From: Synergistaceae bacterium
Lineage (GTDB): Bacteria > Synergistota > Synergistia > Synergistales > Aminobacteriaceae
Assembly: GCA_017450125.1 (NCBI GenBank)
Contig: JAFSWZ010000013.1
Span: forward strand, 78,282-142,281
DNA: 64,000 nt
Direction: 5' to 3'
Position 1 is the first letter of the stretch, and every line of letters starts with the position of its first letter. Both the position numbers and the translations under genes were made by a program. This document shows positions 38,791-48,397 of the stretch, in pieces. The notes beneath the pieces were generated by a model. That model saw nothing but the letters and a program-made list of their open reading frames with translations. It was not told the origin of the DNA and made no database searches.

Positions 38791-41001
38791 TCAGAAGAGA
38801 AGCTCCTCCTTTTTGCGTCTGCCGGGCGTAAACACTTTCACATCAACTTTTGCGCTGCGTCCTGCTTCATCAACTGCACTCACAACGTGTTCGCCGTCAG
38901 GAATATCATGGAAGAACGTACTCTCTGCCCGCGATGTGCCTATGTATTTCCCGTCCAAGTACCACCACACAGACCCGCTCGCGCCTTCTGTCTTCATGGG
39001 TATTCTGCGCTCGTTGTCCAGAGGCGCGGCAAAGTACGATGCTCCCGGAACAGGAGAGATTATGCTCAGCTCAGCACGTGCCTTCACCGCAGGAACATTC
39101 TCGCGCGCACCGAAACTTGCCGGAAGGTTCACGACTGTCTGACCGCCCTTCAAGGCGTGCATGTCGCAGGGCAGCGTCTGTGTTATGCCCACAATCGCCC
39201 ACTCCATTTTCACTGACGGACAAAGAGCTGTCGGAGGTTTGCCCGACAATGAACACACTTTGCGCAGGGTGAGGGCTTCGGGTTTGTCGTACCAGCCTGA
39301 TTTCGGCGAGACAGTGCGCAAGAGCTTCACCGCAACAGGAGCCGCCGCACGTGCACCCACTAAACCTTCCCACGAAGTACCGTCGGGGTTTCCCGCCCAC
39401 ACAACCACTGTGTAATCAGGAGTCCACGCCGCCGCCCAAGCATCACGCAGCCCGTACGATGTCCCCGTCTTCAGAGCAACACGCCACCTTCCGCCGAGAG
39501 TTCCGCGCGCAAGCAGGGACAGTTCTCCGTTGTAGCGCAGCATGTCGCTGACCAGCCAGCACCCTGCCGCAGTCGCGATCCTTCCTGAGTTCTGCGGTGA
39601 ATCCTGCAGGAGCTTCAGCGGCCGGTGAACCCCCAGCGAAGCCAGCGCGGTAAATGCCTCGAGCTCCTCGAGAAGCGTAATGTCGCACCCTCCGAGTATC
39701 AGCGAGTCGCCGTAGTACTTGGCCGGGTGGATGAGATGGCGTAGCCCTGCCTCGCGCATAAGGCTCAAGACGCGTTCATTGCCCGTCCTGCGGAGCACTC
39801 TCACTGCCGGAGCATTCAGGCTCTGCGACAACGCTGTCCGTGCCGTAACTGCCCCCCTGTACTTCAGGTCAAAGTTTCGCGGTGCGCGCCCGGAGAATGC
39901 CATTGACGTGTCAGCAAGAAGCGTTGAGGGAGTGAGGATACCGTCGTCGATTGCGGCCAAGTAGGCGAAAGGTTTAAGCGTCGAGCCCGGAGAACGCGGA
40001 GCACGTCCGCAGTCAACCCACGACGAAGGGTCAGAACCGTAGCTGAAGCGCGCGTTTCCCGACCACGCAACGAGTGCCGCAGTCTTGTTGTCGACGATTC
40101 CGGCGGAAAGCGTGATGTCTCGCGGAAAGTCGTTCAGCGACTGCCGGAGCACTGCCTCAAGTTTCGTCTGTGTCTCGAGGTTCAGGGTTGTGTCGAACTT
40201 CCGTGAGTGCTCGGGGTTCTGGGTCAGCACGAGCTCGGAATAATGCCACGCCCTTGCCGGAAGGTCTGACTTCTTGCGCGGCAAGTCCTCGAGCTTTGCG
40301 CGGCGTGCCTCCTCGTGCGTGAATACTCCCTTGCGCTCCATCAGGTCAATTATCTCGTCGCGGCGTTTCCGTGCTGCTCTTGGCCGGGTGTCGGGACGGT
40401 AAAGCGTCGGCCCCTTGAGCATCCCTATCATCAGGCACGCTTCACCGGGCGAAATCTGCTCGGCCTTCTTCCCGAAGTATATCAGCGATGCCGCCTGAAC
40501 TCCCCTGATGTTCCCGCCGAACGGTGCAAGGTTGAGGTAGCTCTCCAGAATCTGCTCCTTGCTCAGCGAACGTTCCACCTTCAACGCCATCACGAACTCG
40601 CGGATCTTCGTCATCGGTGTGCGCTTCCGGCCTTCGCGTTCGGACACCGAAAGGCGGATAACCTGGCTCGTTATCGTCGACGCGCCGGAAACTATCCGCC
40701 CTCTCGTTATGTCCTTGTAGACCGCCCGCAGCATCGCGATGAAGTCTATTCCTCCGTGCCGGTAAAACCTCCCGTCCTCAGCGTTCACCGCCACAAGCGG
40801 AAGCCACTTGCCCATCTCCCCGAGCGGAATCGGTATCTGCCACTCGGAGTCCGGCGACAGCCTCACGTGGAACAATCTGCCCTCAGAGTCGTAGAGTGCG
40901 GGTGAGCCGAAGATTGTCGTTACGCGTTCAGGGTTGATGTCTATGCTGAGCCACAACACACCGAACGCCAGAACAGGCAGGAGGAACAGATACTTCTTCA
41001 T
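38791..41001 (-). CDS. pbpC: Penicillin-binding protein 1C (bifunctional glycosyltransferase/transpeptidase)
   Basis: GT51 motifs EDGRFYRHGGID and ITSQVIRL. TPase GSTLKPFAY and KTGTS. PBP1C-type C-terminal domain. ATG at 41001 (MKKYLFLLPVLAF) overlaps the upstream TAA by 1 nt. Confidence 0.85.
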   Translation of the reverse strand: MKKYLFLLPVLAFGVLWLSIDINPERVTTIFGSPALYDSEGRLFHVRLSPDSEWQIPIPLGEMGKWLPLVAVNAEDGRFYRHGGIDFIAMLRAVYKDITRGRIVSGASTITSQVIRLSVSEREGRKRTPMTKIREFVMALKVERSLSKEQILESYLNLAPFGGNIRGVQAASLIYFGKKAEQISPGEACLMIGMLKGPTLYRPDTRPRAARKRRDEIIDLMERKGVFTHEEARRAKLEDLPRKKSDLPARAWHYSELVLTQNPEHSRKFDTTLNLETQTKLEAVLRQSLNDFPRDITLSAGIVDNKTAALVAWSGNARFSYGSDPSSWVDCGRAPRSPGSTLKPFAYLAAIDDGILTPSTLLADTSMAFSGRAPRNFDLKYRGAVTARTALSQSLNAPAVRVLRRTGNERVLSLMREAGLRHLIHPAKYYGDSLILGGCDITLLEELEAFTALASLGVHRPLKLLQDSPQNSGRIATAAGCWLVSDMLRYNGELSLLARGTLGGRWRVALKTGTSYGLRDAWAAAWTPDYTVVVWAGNPDGTSWEGLVGARAAAPVAVKLLRTVSPKSGWYDKPEALTLRKVCSLSGKPPTALCPSVKMEWAIVGITQTLPCDMHALKGGQTVVNLPASFGARENVPAVKARAELSIISPVPGASYFAAPLDNERRIPMKTEGASGSVWWYLDGKYIGTSRAESTFFHDIPDGEHVVSAVDEAGRSAKVDVKVFTPGRRKKEELLF

Positions 41002-42614
41002 TACTTCTTGCCGAGAGCGAGGATGTCCAGCGTGTAACCGGCTACGTTGTTGCTGTGGTCGCCGATACGTTCGAGGTTGCTCAGCAGCGTGATGAAGTTC
41101 ACGCCCTTCTCGGGGTCGCACTCGCCCTTGTTGAGGCGGTCAATGTGGTTCTTCCTGTAGGTGCGCTCCTGTCCGTCTATCCTCTTCTCGATGTCGCGGA
41201 TGACTTCCCATGCTTCAGAAGCATTCTCCTTCTCGATTGAGGACATTGCGAGCGTTACGGCTCTGTTGGTGGTGTCGTACATGTCCCGGAACTCACCGAC
41301 TGCCTCAGCCGAAAGATAGTGATCCATAGCGTCGCACCTCTCAATGAGGTTCTCCATCCTGTCGCCGATTCTCTCGAGGTCAAGCGAAGCATTCACGTAG
41401 CACCCGAGAACCGTCGAGACTTCGTCGCTGACACCTTTCTGCCAGATCTCGGAAGCATACTCGGAGATTGCGCGCGTTATCTTGTTGACGCTGTCCTCGA
41501 GGGAGTCGAACCTCTTGCGCCTGTCCTCCATCTTGGCCGTGTCGTACTGGAAGAACGCTTCCCCCACAACGTCGAACATCTTGCCGATGATGTTTCCCAT
41601 GTGAAGGAGCTCGTCCTTCACCGCCGCAACTGCCGAAGCCGTCGAAACGTTGATGAGCGTCGGGTCAAGGTACATGACATCTTCGGGCTTGTCTTCCGGA
41701 CGGATGGGAATAATCGTCTCGATGAGCTTTGCCAGCAGCGAGATGAACGGGAAGAAGATTATCGTGTTGAGGACGTTGAAGATCATGTGCGAGTTAGCTA
41801 TCTGGCGGCCTATGTCGTCCGAACTCATCAAGACAATCTCCTTGTAGAACGGCAGACAAATCAGGCAGATTATTGTGCCGATAAGATTGAAGAGTACGTG
41901 CCCCATTGCGGCCTGTTTCGCCGGGCGCGAGGCGTTGAGGGAGACGACTATTGCTGTGAGGGTCGTGCCGATGTTGTCGCCGAGAATTATGGGTATCGCC
42001 GCGTCAAGCGATATAAGCCCCTGCGAAGCTACGGCAATCGTGAGGCCTATTGTTGCGGCGGAAGACTGTATCAGCGCAGTAAGGATTATTCCCGCGAGGA
42101 CTCCCGTCAGAGGACTACGGCTCAGGAACAGCAGAAGGTCTCTGTGCTGTGAGATTACGTGCGAGGCGGCCTTCATGGTCTGCATTCCGATGAACACCAG
42201 ACCCAGCCCGATAAGCCCGCTCGCGATGTAACCCAGCTGCTTGCGGTTCGTGAGCATCGACATGAACACTCCGACCGCCAGAAGAGGCAGTGCCAGCGTG
42301 TCGATGTTGAGGGCGATCAGCTGTGCGGTTACGGTTGTCCCGATGTTCGCGCCCATTATGAGGCCGAGTGCCTGCTTGAGGGACAGAAGGCCGGTGTTCA
42401 CGAAGCTGACGGTCATGACAGTTGTGCCCGCTGAGGACTGTATCAGGACAGTAACCAGAATGCCGACGAGTATTCCGCGCAAGGGAGTCTTGGTGAGCTC
42501 ACCGAGAAGCTGGCGGAGCTTGTCCCCTGCGAGGGACTGTAGAGCTGACGATAGCAGCTTTATGCCGTAGAGGAACAGAGCGACTCCTCCGGCAATCGTG
42601 AAGAATGTTTGCAC
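41001..42614 (-). CDS. Na+/phosphate cotransporter family protein with PhoU-like C-terminal domain
   Basis: Duplicated GANIGTT/GDNIGTT motifs. C-terminal helical PhoU-like repeats (LERIGDRMENL, LERIGDHSNNV). GTG start 8 nt after GAGGAGG. Confidence 0.85.
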   Translation of the reverse strand: MQTFFTIAGGVALFLYGIKLLSSALQSLAGDKLRQLLGELTKTPLRGILVGILVTVLIQSSAGTTVMTVSFVNTGLLSLKQALGLIMGANIGTTVTAQLIALNIDTLALPLLAVGVFMSMLTNRKQLGYIASGLIGLGLVFIGMQTMKAASHVISQHRDLLLFLSRSPLTGVLAGIILTALIQSSAATIGLTIAVASQGLISLDAAIPIILGDNIGTTLTAIVVSLNASRPAKQAAMGHVLFNLIGTIICLICLPFYKEIVLMSSDDIGRQIANSHMIFNVLNTIIFFPFISLLAKLIETIIPIRPEDKPEDVMYLDPTLINVSTASAVAAVKDELLHMGNIIGKMFDVVGEAFFQYDTAKMEDRRKRFDSLEDSVNKITRAISEYASEIWQKGVSDEVSTVLGCYVNASLDLERIGDRMENLIERCDAMDHYLSAEAVGEFRDMYDTTNRAVTLAMSSIEKENASEAWEVIRDIEKRIDGQERTYRKNHIDRLNKGECDPEKGVNFITLLSNLERIGDHSNNVAGYTLDILALGKK

Positions 42615-42714
42615 TGGAAATACCTCCTCAAAATTGTGATGAGTAATTGTTTAGAGTATAGCAGAGTGTGTGATATTATTTCCCTCATCCCATTAAGGAA
42701 AGGCTTAGTGAATT

Positions 42715-43819
42715 ATGAACCCTAACATCAAATCCGAACTGGAGGAACTGCACGCGCTTATCCGCAACATGCGGGACAGCCTTTGACCTCCCTGCACTCT
42801 CTTCCCGCGCCGAAGAGCTTACACGTCTGACTTCTGCCCCTGACTTCTGGACGCAGGAGAACCGTGAAGACACTCTGCGCGAACTTTCCGGCATCAATGC
42901 CAAGCTGGACGGCCTAAAGCACATAACTTCAGAGTACGAGGACTTGTCGGCGATAGAGGAGATTCTGGGCGAGACCGACGACGCAGACCTCGAGGCAGAG
43001 TTCTCGCAGAGAGCTTCAGCTTTGCGCGAGGAGCTCGAACGTTCAAGCCTCCTTCTTCTACTCAATGAACCATACGACTCCGCAAACGCAATATTGATGG
43101 TTCACGCGGGCTCGGGCGGACTGGACTCTCAGGACTGGGCGGGAATGCTCCTGAGGATGTATCTGCGTTACTGCGAGCGCGAGGGCTTCAGGACGAACGT
43201 CATCGAGGCCACTGCCGACGAAGGAGACGGCATCAAGAACGCAACTATTCTTGTCGAGGGCGAATACGCGTACGGTTTCCTGAAGGCAGAACGAGGAGTG
43301 CACAGGCTCGTGCGAATTTCGCCGTTCGACAGCGCGCACAGAAGGCACACCAGCTTTGCGAGCGTGCTTGTTTCGCCGGAGTTCAGCGATGATGTTGACG
43401 TGGAGATAAAGCCCGAAGACCTGAAGGTTGACACTTTCCGGGCATCAGGAGCAGGAGGGCAGTACGTGAACAGGACGGACAGTGCAGTGAGAATCACCCA
43501 CATTCCGACGGGAATCGTAGTAACGTGCCAGAACGAACGCTCACAGCACATGAACCGCGCGACAGCACTTCACGTCCTCAAGAGCCGCCTCTATGAACGT
43601 GCCTTGCAGGAACGCGAGGAGGAGCTGGCCTCTGTTGTCGGCGAGAAGAAGGAGTCCGCGTGGGGAAGCCAGATCCGCAGCTACGTCCTGCACCCGTACA
43701 CTCTGGTTAAGGATCACAGGACCAACTACGAGAAGGGCAACATCCAGGCAGTTCTTGACGGGGACATCAGCGGCTTCATAATGGAATACCTGAAGAGGAG
43801 GGCGAAAGGTGATGCGTAA
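42715..43819 (+). CDS. prfB: Peptide chain release factor 2, requires a programmed +1 frameshift
   Basis: Frame 0 runs ATG 42715 ... CTT (42781-83) TGA (42784-86). Frame +1 from 42785 (GAC CTC CCT...) runs into the ORF-track ORF ending at 43819. Motifs SPF and GGQ (SGAGGQYVN). Confidence 0.93.
42781..42787 (+). promoter_or_regulatory. RF2 autoregulatory +1 frameshift site CTT TGA C
   Basis: Exact CUU UGA C heptamer 22 codons into prfB. Both flanking frames are open only in the way the frameshift model predicts. Confidence 0.9.
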
Positions 43820-45488
43820 ATTTCTGCTGGCTGTGGTATTGATCCTGCAGTGCGTTGCGGCCGAAGCAGCCCGGTTTGTCCCGGAACAGCTAATCATGCC
43901 GGTGAGGGAGATACGTCCCGGAATGACGGGGTACATCATGACGGTGCTCAAGGGCTACACTCCCGAGAGATTGCCGGTAAAAGTCGTGAGCGTTGCTCCG
44001 CAGAAACCGGGCAGGGAGCTTTCCGACGAGATACTGATACGTCTTACGGGCAAACACAAATTCGCGCAGGGAATGAGCGGAAGCCCTGTGTACATCAACG
44101 GCAGGCTTATCGGAGCAGTGCGGAGCGGCTGGAACTTGAGCGACCACAAGCTGGGCATGGTTGCGCCGATAGAGTCGATGTGCAATGTCTTCGAGTACGG
44201 GTCTCCGAGCCTTCCTCTAGCTGACTTCATGATCTCCGGCCTTAGCCTGAACAACTCCGCTGTATGTGCGCTGGCTGACACGATGGGCTTGACGTTCATG
44301 CAGGGAGCACCTCTGAGCTCACAGCCCATGACCATCAGCAGAGAGAGGCTGAAGCCCGGCGACTCAGTCTCTGCGCTCCTCGCGTGGGGAGACGTGGAGA
44401 TAGGGGCTGTCGGGACAGTTACAGCGACGGCGCGGGACGGGAGATTCCTTGCGTTCGGGCACGAGATGAACAAGGCCGGCAAATCATCATACCCTGCGGC
44501 CAAGACCTACATTCACGAGACGGTAGACAGCATCAGGTTTCCCTTCAAGCTGGGAAGCCCTGAGACGATCGTCGGGACATTCACGGAGGACAGGGAGGCC
44601 GCTACGGGCGGAAAGTTCGGCGTGTATCCACCGTCAATCTCTGCCGAGCTGGTCTTCAAGAACCTCGACAACGGAACAGAGGCGCAAAGTCAGTTCCGCG
44701 TGATTGTCGATGAGTTCATGAGCCGGGAAATCATCGTGAAAGTCTTTCAGGCTCTCGTCGAGGAATGCTGGGGCAGGAAGGGGCAGGGCACAATGTCCGT
44801 CAGTCTCCGCATAGACGGCCCGGCAGTCCCCAAAGGCTGGGCGCGGAAAGACATATTCTTCTCCGACAGCAACATCTTCGAGGAAGCGTTCAAGGACGTT
44901 CAGGCACTCATCAACGCCTACATGATACAGCCTTTTGAGGAGACGATGCCCGCAGGATTCACGCTCACTGTCGAGGCGACACAGAGGCCGAAGGTTCTGC
45001 TCATCGAGGACGTTACGCTCTCTGAAGACACAGTTGAGCCCGGCGGAGAGGTCGGCGTAACCGTGAAGCTGAGGGGCTGGCGAACCGGCATAGTCGAGCG
45101 CAGTTTTACGATGAAGATGCCCGATGACGCTTCGGAGGGAGTGTGCGAACTAATCGTGAGGGGCGGAGGAACTGAACCGATGAGCCAGCTTTCCGTCGAC
45201 GAAGGCTGGAAGTCTATAGACAGCATTGAGCGTATGCTGACGGAGTTCAAGGCCGCTGACGCGAACAACGACCTAGTTCTAGAGCTCAACGCCGACAAGG
45301 ACGATGCCCTGAAGAAAGCTCTTGCGCGCAGAAGAAGCAAAAAGCGTGAGCCTGACCTTCTGCCGGAAGAAGAAGAATACATGAGCGAGACCAAAGAACG
45401 CCGCATCTCTGAGGGCACGCTCCGTGTCTTCAAAGCCGACTACATCATAGAAGGCATGATGAAGAGAATAATACATGTCGAGAAGTAA
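43812..45488 (+). CDS. Peptidase S55 (SpoIVB-like) family secreted protein
   Basis: Signal peptide MRKFLLAVVLILQCVAAEA. GMSGSPVYINGRLIGAV serine-protease motif. Overlaps the prfB stop. Confidence 0.6.
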   Translation: MRKFLLAVVLILQCVAAEAARFVPEQLIMPVREIRPGMTGYIMTVLKGYTPERLPVKVVSVAPQKPGRELSDEILIRLTGKHKFAQGMSGSPVYINGRLIGAVRSGWNLSDHKLGMVAPIESMCNVFEYGSPSLPLADFMISGLSLNNSAVCALADTMGLTFMQGAPLSSQPMTISRERLKPGDSVSALLAWGDVEIGAVGTVTATARDGRFLAFGHEMNKAGKSSYPAAKTYIHETVDSIRFPFKLGSPETIVGTFTEDREAATGGKFGVYPPSISAELVFKNLDNGTEAQSQFRVIVDEFMSREIIVKVFQALVEECWGRKGQGTMSVSLRIDGPAVPKGWARKDIFFSDSNIFEEAFKDVQALINAYMIQPFEETMPAGFTLTVEATQRPKVLLIEDVTLSEDTVEPGGEVGVTVKLRGWRTGIVERSFTMKMPDDASEGVCELIVRGGGTEPMSQLSVDEGWKSIDSIERMLTEFKAADANNDLVLELNADKDDALKKALARRRSKKREPDLLPEEEEYMSETKERRISEGTLRVFKADYIIEGMMKRIIHVEK

Positions 45489-46092
45489 GGGAATATTCAT
45501 CACTATAGAAGGGATTGACGGGTGCGGAAAGTCGACGCAGTCCGCACGTCTCGCGCAGTGGCTCAAGGAACGCACAGCCTCAGAGGTCATCAGAACCTTC
45601 GAGCCCGGCGGTTACCCTGACGGCGGAAAGCTCCGCGAGTTTCTCCTAGAGGACAGCATCTCCCCTATGCCGGAGCTCCTGCTGTTCCTCGCTGACAGGG
45701 CAAGGCACGTCGACGAAGTCATTGCTCCGGCAATATCTGCAGGCAGCCACGTAATCTGCGAACGCTGGAACGAGTCAACCCTAGCCTACCAGTCAGGATG
45801 GCACGGGCTGGATTTTTCGCGCGCAAAGAGCATCATCGACGCGTGCGCATTCCCAGAGCCGGACGCAAAGATATTCCTTGACGTTCCGCCGGAGATAGCT
45901 TTCTCGCGGGTAGCTGCGCGGACAAAAAGCGACAGGTTCGAGGCAGAGGGGCTCGCGCTGATGAAGCGGGTATCATCCTTCTACAGGTGGCTTGAGAGCA
46001 TGATACGCATCGACTGCGGGGCAATGGACGAAGACGAGGTGTTTGCGTCGATAACCCGCGAACTGGAGGCCAGGCTGTGGCTATTCAGATAA
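45475..46092 (+). CDS. tmk: dTMP (thymidylate) kinase
   Basis: FITIEGIDGCGKSTQ P-loop, LADRARH, DRFE. Confidence 0.92.
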   Translation: MSRSKGIFITIEGIDGCGKSTQSARLAQWLKERTASEVIRTFEPGGYPDGGKLREFLLEDSISPMPELLLFLADRARHVDEVIAPAISAGSHVICERWNESTLAYQSGWHGLDFSRAKSIIDACAFPEPDAKIFLDVPPEIAFSRVAARTKSDRFEAEGLALMKRVSSFYRWLESMIRIDCGAMDEDEVFASITRELEARLWLFR

Positions 46093-46535
46093 AGCGCGGA
46101 GGGGGCGAACCCCCTGCTGCCTCACAACCGCGCGTGGAGTCAGGCACAAGTCATACCGGCTCGCACACCGCACCGGCAAACTCTGTGGCATCATCGGCGT
46201 TCTCGTTTGAGGCGGCGATGGAGAGCACGGAGCTTGAGGACTTGCTCGACCAGCTCTACGAACTCTCGGACAGGCTTTCGGTTTTTCCGGGCGGCCGTCT
46301 CATCGAGGAGTACAGGAACGTCCTTCACGAGCTGCTGAAACGTGCGGCGAAGGGTTTGAGGATAAAGCGCGACATGAGGTGGCGCAAGACTGACCGCAAA
46401 ATGTACGTAACGATAGAACGCACTGAGAAGGCGATGGACGAGCTCGAGGAGGCGTTCCTTTACGAGGGCAACAGGACGAAGGCACTTGCGCTGATGGAGG
46501 AGATAAAGGGTTGCTTGATCTCGCTTCTGATGTAG
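46077..46535 (+). CDS. DUF327/YaaR-like protein
   Basis: Size, position between tmk and holB (as B. subtilis yaaR) and a helical C-terminus. GTG start. Confidence 0.5.
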   Translation: MAIQIKRGGGEPPAASQPRVESGTSHTGSHTAPANSVASSAFSFEAAMESTELEDLLDQLYELSDRLSVFPGGRLIEEYRNVLHELLKRAAKGLRIKRDMRWRKTDRKMYVTIERTEKAMDELEEAFLYEGNRTKALALMEEIKGCLISLLM

Positions 46536-47227
46536 CTTGGCAGGAAATTCTGCACGAAACGGAAGCCGGAAACATTCCGCACTGCCGGGCAGTTGCTGCG
46601 CCCGCGAAACTCCACAACGAAATCACGGAGACCCTAGCCCGCATGATTCTCGGGACGTACCGGCCGTCTCATCCTGACCTGCTGATAACCGGCACGCCTG
46701 ACAAAGCCCCCAACATCGACATGTGCAGGCAGCTCATCGAGGACATTGCCCTGAAGCCGCTGGAATCTTCACGCCGTCTCGGGGTAATCCTGAACGCTGA
46801 CCGTCTGCTTCTTCCTGCCGCGAACAGTCTGCTGAAGCTCGCGGAAGAACCTCCCGCACACGCCTTCCTGCTGTTCCTGATGGAGGACGGAAGACTGTTT
46901 CTGCCGACGCTGAAGAGCCGGTCGCGTTTCAGCACGATAACGCTCAAAGAGGACGAAGATGCCCGCCCGTTGCCGTCAGACTGGGTGAAGTGGCTTGCCG
47001 GAGCGCGGAAGTACGACACCGACGCGATGATCGCGGAACTCCGTGCATGGGCAAACCGTGCTTCAGACGACAAAGATTTTGCGAAGGCAGAACGCCTTGA
47101 CACACTGAGAATTATTGCGGAGAAGAAGAATCTATCCGTGCCGCTTCTCTGCGACCTGATAATACTTACATTACGAGAGGACAACACGAAACATGAACAT
47201 ATACTTGACGATCTTCGGCAAGCCTAG
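46511..47227 (+). CDS. holB: DNA polymerase III delta-prime-like subunit (short form)
   Basis: ILNADRLLLPAANSLLKLAEEPPAHAFLLFL clamp-loader sensor region. No intact Walker A. Synteny tmk-yaaR-holB-yaaT. Confidence 0.6.
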   Translation: MLDLASDVAWQEILHETEAGNIPHCRAVAAPAKLHNEITETLARMILGTYRPSHPDLLITGTPDKAPNIDMCRQLIEDIALKPLESSRRLGVILNADRLLLPAANSLLKLAEEPPAHAFLLFLMEDGRLFLPTLKSRSRFSTITLKEDEDARPLPSDWVKWLAGARKYDTDAMIAELRAWANRASDDKDFAKAERLDTLRIIAEKKNLSVPLLCDLIILTLREDNTKHEHILDDLRQA

Positions 47228-48317
47228 ATACTTGGGACTTGCGAGGATTGACGGAGAGATACATTCACCGCGCTGGACGGTGCTCAGGACATCCAGAGGC
47301 TACGAGATGGGGCTTCCCGGCGGATGCCTCTCAGAAGAACAGCAGGCCAAATACCGGGCAGAAGCGTCGAGGTACGAAGATCCTGGCGATGCGGTGCTGC
47401 AGGACGTGGAGTTTGTGCGTGAAGCCGACGCTGAGGACATCGAGAACTACTACATGTGCCGACAGGAGGAGAACGAGGCACTTCTTCGTGCCCGCGAGAT
47501 TCTTGCCGCCCACAATCTGGACATGAAGCTGGTGGACGTGGAGTTCATGCTTGACCGCAAAAAGTTCTTCCTGTACTTCACGGCGGAACAGAGGGTAGAT
47601 TTCCGTGCGTACGTGAGGGATTTGGCGAGGGAGTTTCGTACGCGCATCGAGATGAGGCAGGTAGGTATCCGCGACGAAGCTAGGATTGTGAAGGGTATTG
47701 CGTCGTGCGGGCGGCCTTGCTGCTGCGGTTACTGGCTTAGGGGTTTCATGCCGATAAGCATCAAGATCGTTAAAGAGCAGCGTTCAGCACTGAACCCGAC
47801 GAAGATTTCGGGGCTTTGCGGGCGGCTGATGTGCTGTATGTCGTACGAGCAGGAGTTCTACTCCGAGCTTTGGGCTAAACTTCCCGGCCCGGGCGCGAAG
47901 ATAAAGACGGAGCAGGGAGCATACATCCTCGAGAGCCTCGACATCGGGCGTGAGAGCGTGAACATACGTTTTCCGTCCGGAAGGCTGGTATCTGTGCTGA
48001 TAAGCGAGTTCCCGGACTTCAAGGAAACAGTATTGCGCGGCGAGGAATGGGGAGAGGACAAGGAGTTTGCGGCCAAGAAGAGGGCGATGCAGGAGCGTGC
48101 GGCGATGCTGGAGAAGCGTCGTGAGAGGCAGAAGCTGAGGGCGACGGCGAAGGTTGCGCGCCTTCGGAGTGAGAGGATTGCGCGTGCGGAGAAGCGTCAT
48201 GAGGAGCGCAGGCAGGCCAAGAGCAGACCGGCGAAGCAGCCTCAGCAGCAGCAGGGCAGCAGTAATCCTCCGAAGCGCAGGAGAAACCGCAAGCCGAAGG
48301 ATAACCCGGAAAAGTAG
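47193..48317 (+). CDS. ricT: PSP1-domain protein RicT/YaaT-like with a basic C-terminal tail
   Basis: PSP1 domain with Cys cluster CGRPCCC ... CGRLMCCMSYE. Lys/Arg-rich tail. Confidence 0.8.
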   Translation: MNIYLTIFGKPRYLGLARIDGEIHSPRWTVLRTSRGYEMGLPGGCLSEEQQAKYRAEASRYEDPGDAVLQDVEFVREADAEDIENYYMCRQEENEALLRAREILAAHNLDMKLVDVEFMLDRKKFFLYFTAEQRVDFRAYVRDLAREFRTRIEMRQVGIRDEARIVKGIASCGRPCCCGYWLRGFMPISIKIVKEQRSALNPTKISGLCGRLMCCMSYEQEFYSELWAKLPGPGAKIKTEQGAYILESLDIGRESVNIRFPSGRLVSVLISEFPDFKETVLRGEEWGEDKEFAAKKRAMQERAAMLEKRRERQKLRATAKVARLRSERIARAEKRHEERRQAKSRPAKQPQQQQGSSNPPKRRRNRKPKDNPEK

Positions 48318-48328
48318 CCCACAAAAAA

Positions 48329-48361
48329 GCGGAGTCTCCTCACACTTGAGAAAACTCCGCT
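48329..48361. terminator. Probable bidirectional terminator between ricT and porin paralog 1
   Basis: AAAAAAGCGGAGT...(inner TCTC/GAGA)...ACTCCGCT hairpin between convergent stops. Long loop, so moderate confidence. Confidence 0.5.
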
Positions 48362-48397
48362 GGTTGCTGCTTGTTCTTGTTGAAGCCCTGTGCCGTG

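Noticed and set aside
46511-47227. holB-like gene as a pseudogene because it lacks a Walker A motif and is short
   Set aside because: Delta-prime subunits normally have degenerate P-loops. The frame is intact and translationally linked to conserved neighbours. I kept it as a CDS with moderate confidence.
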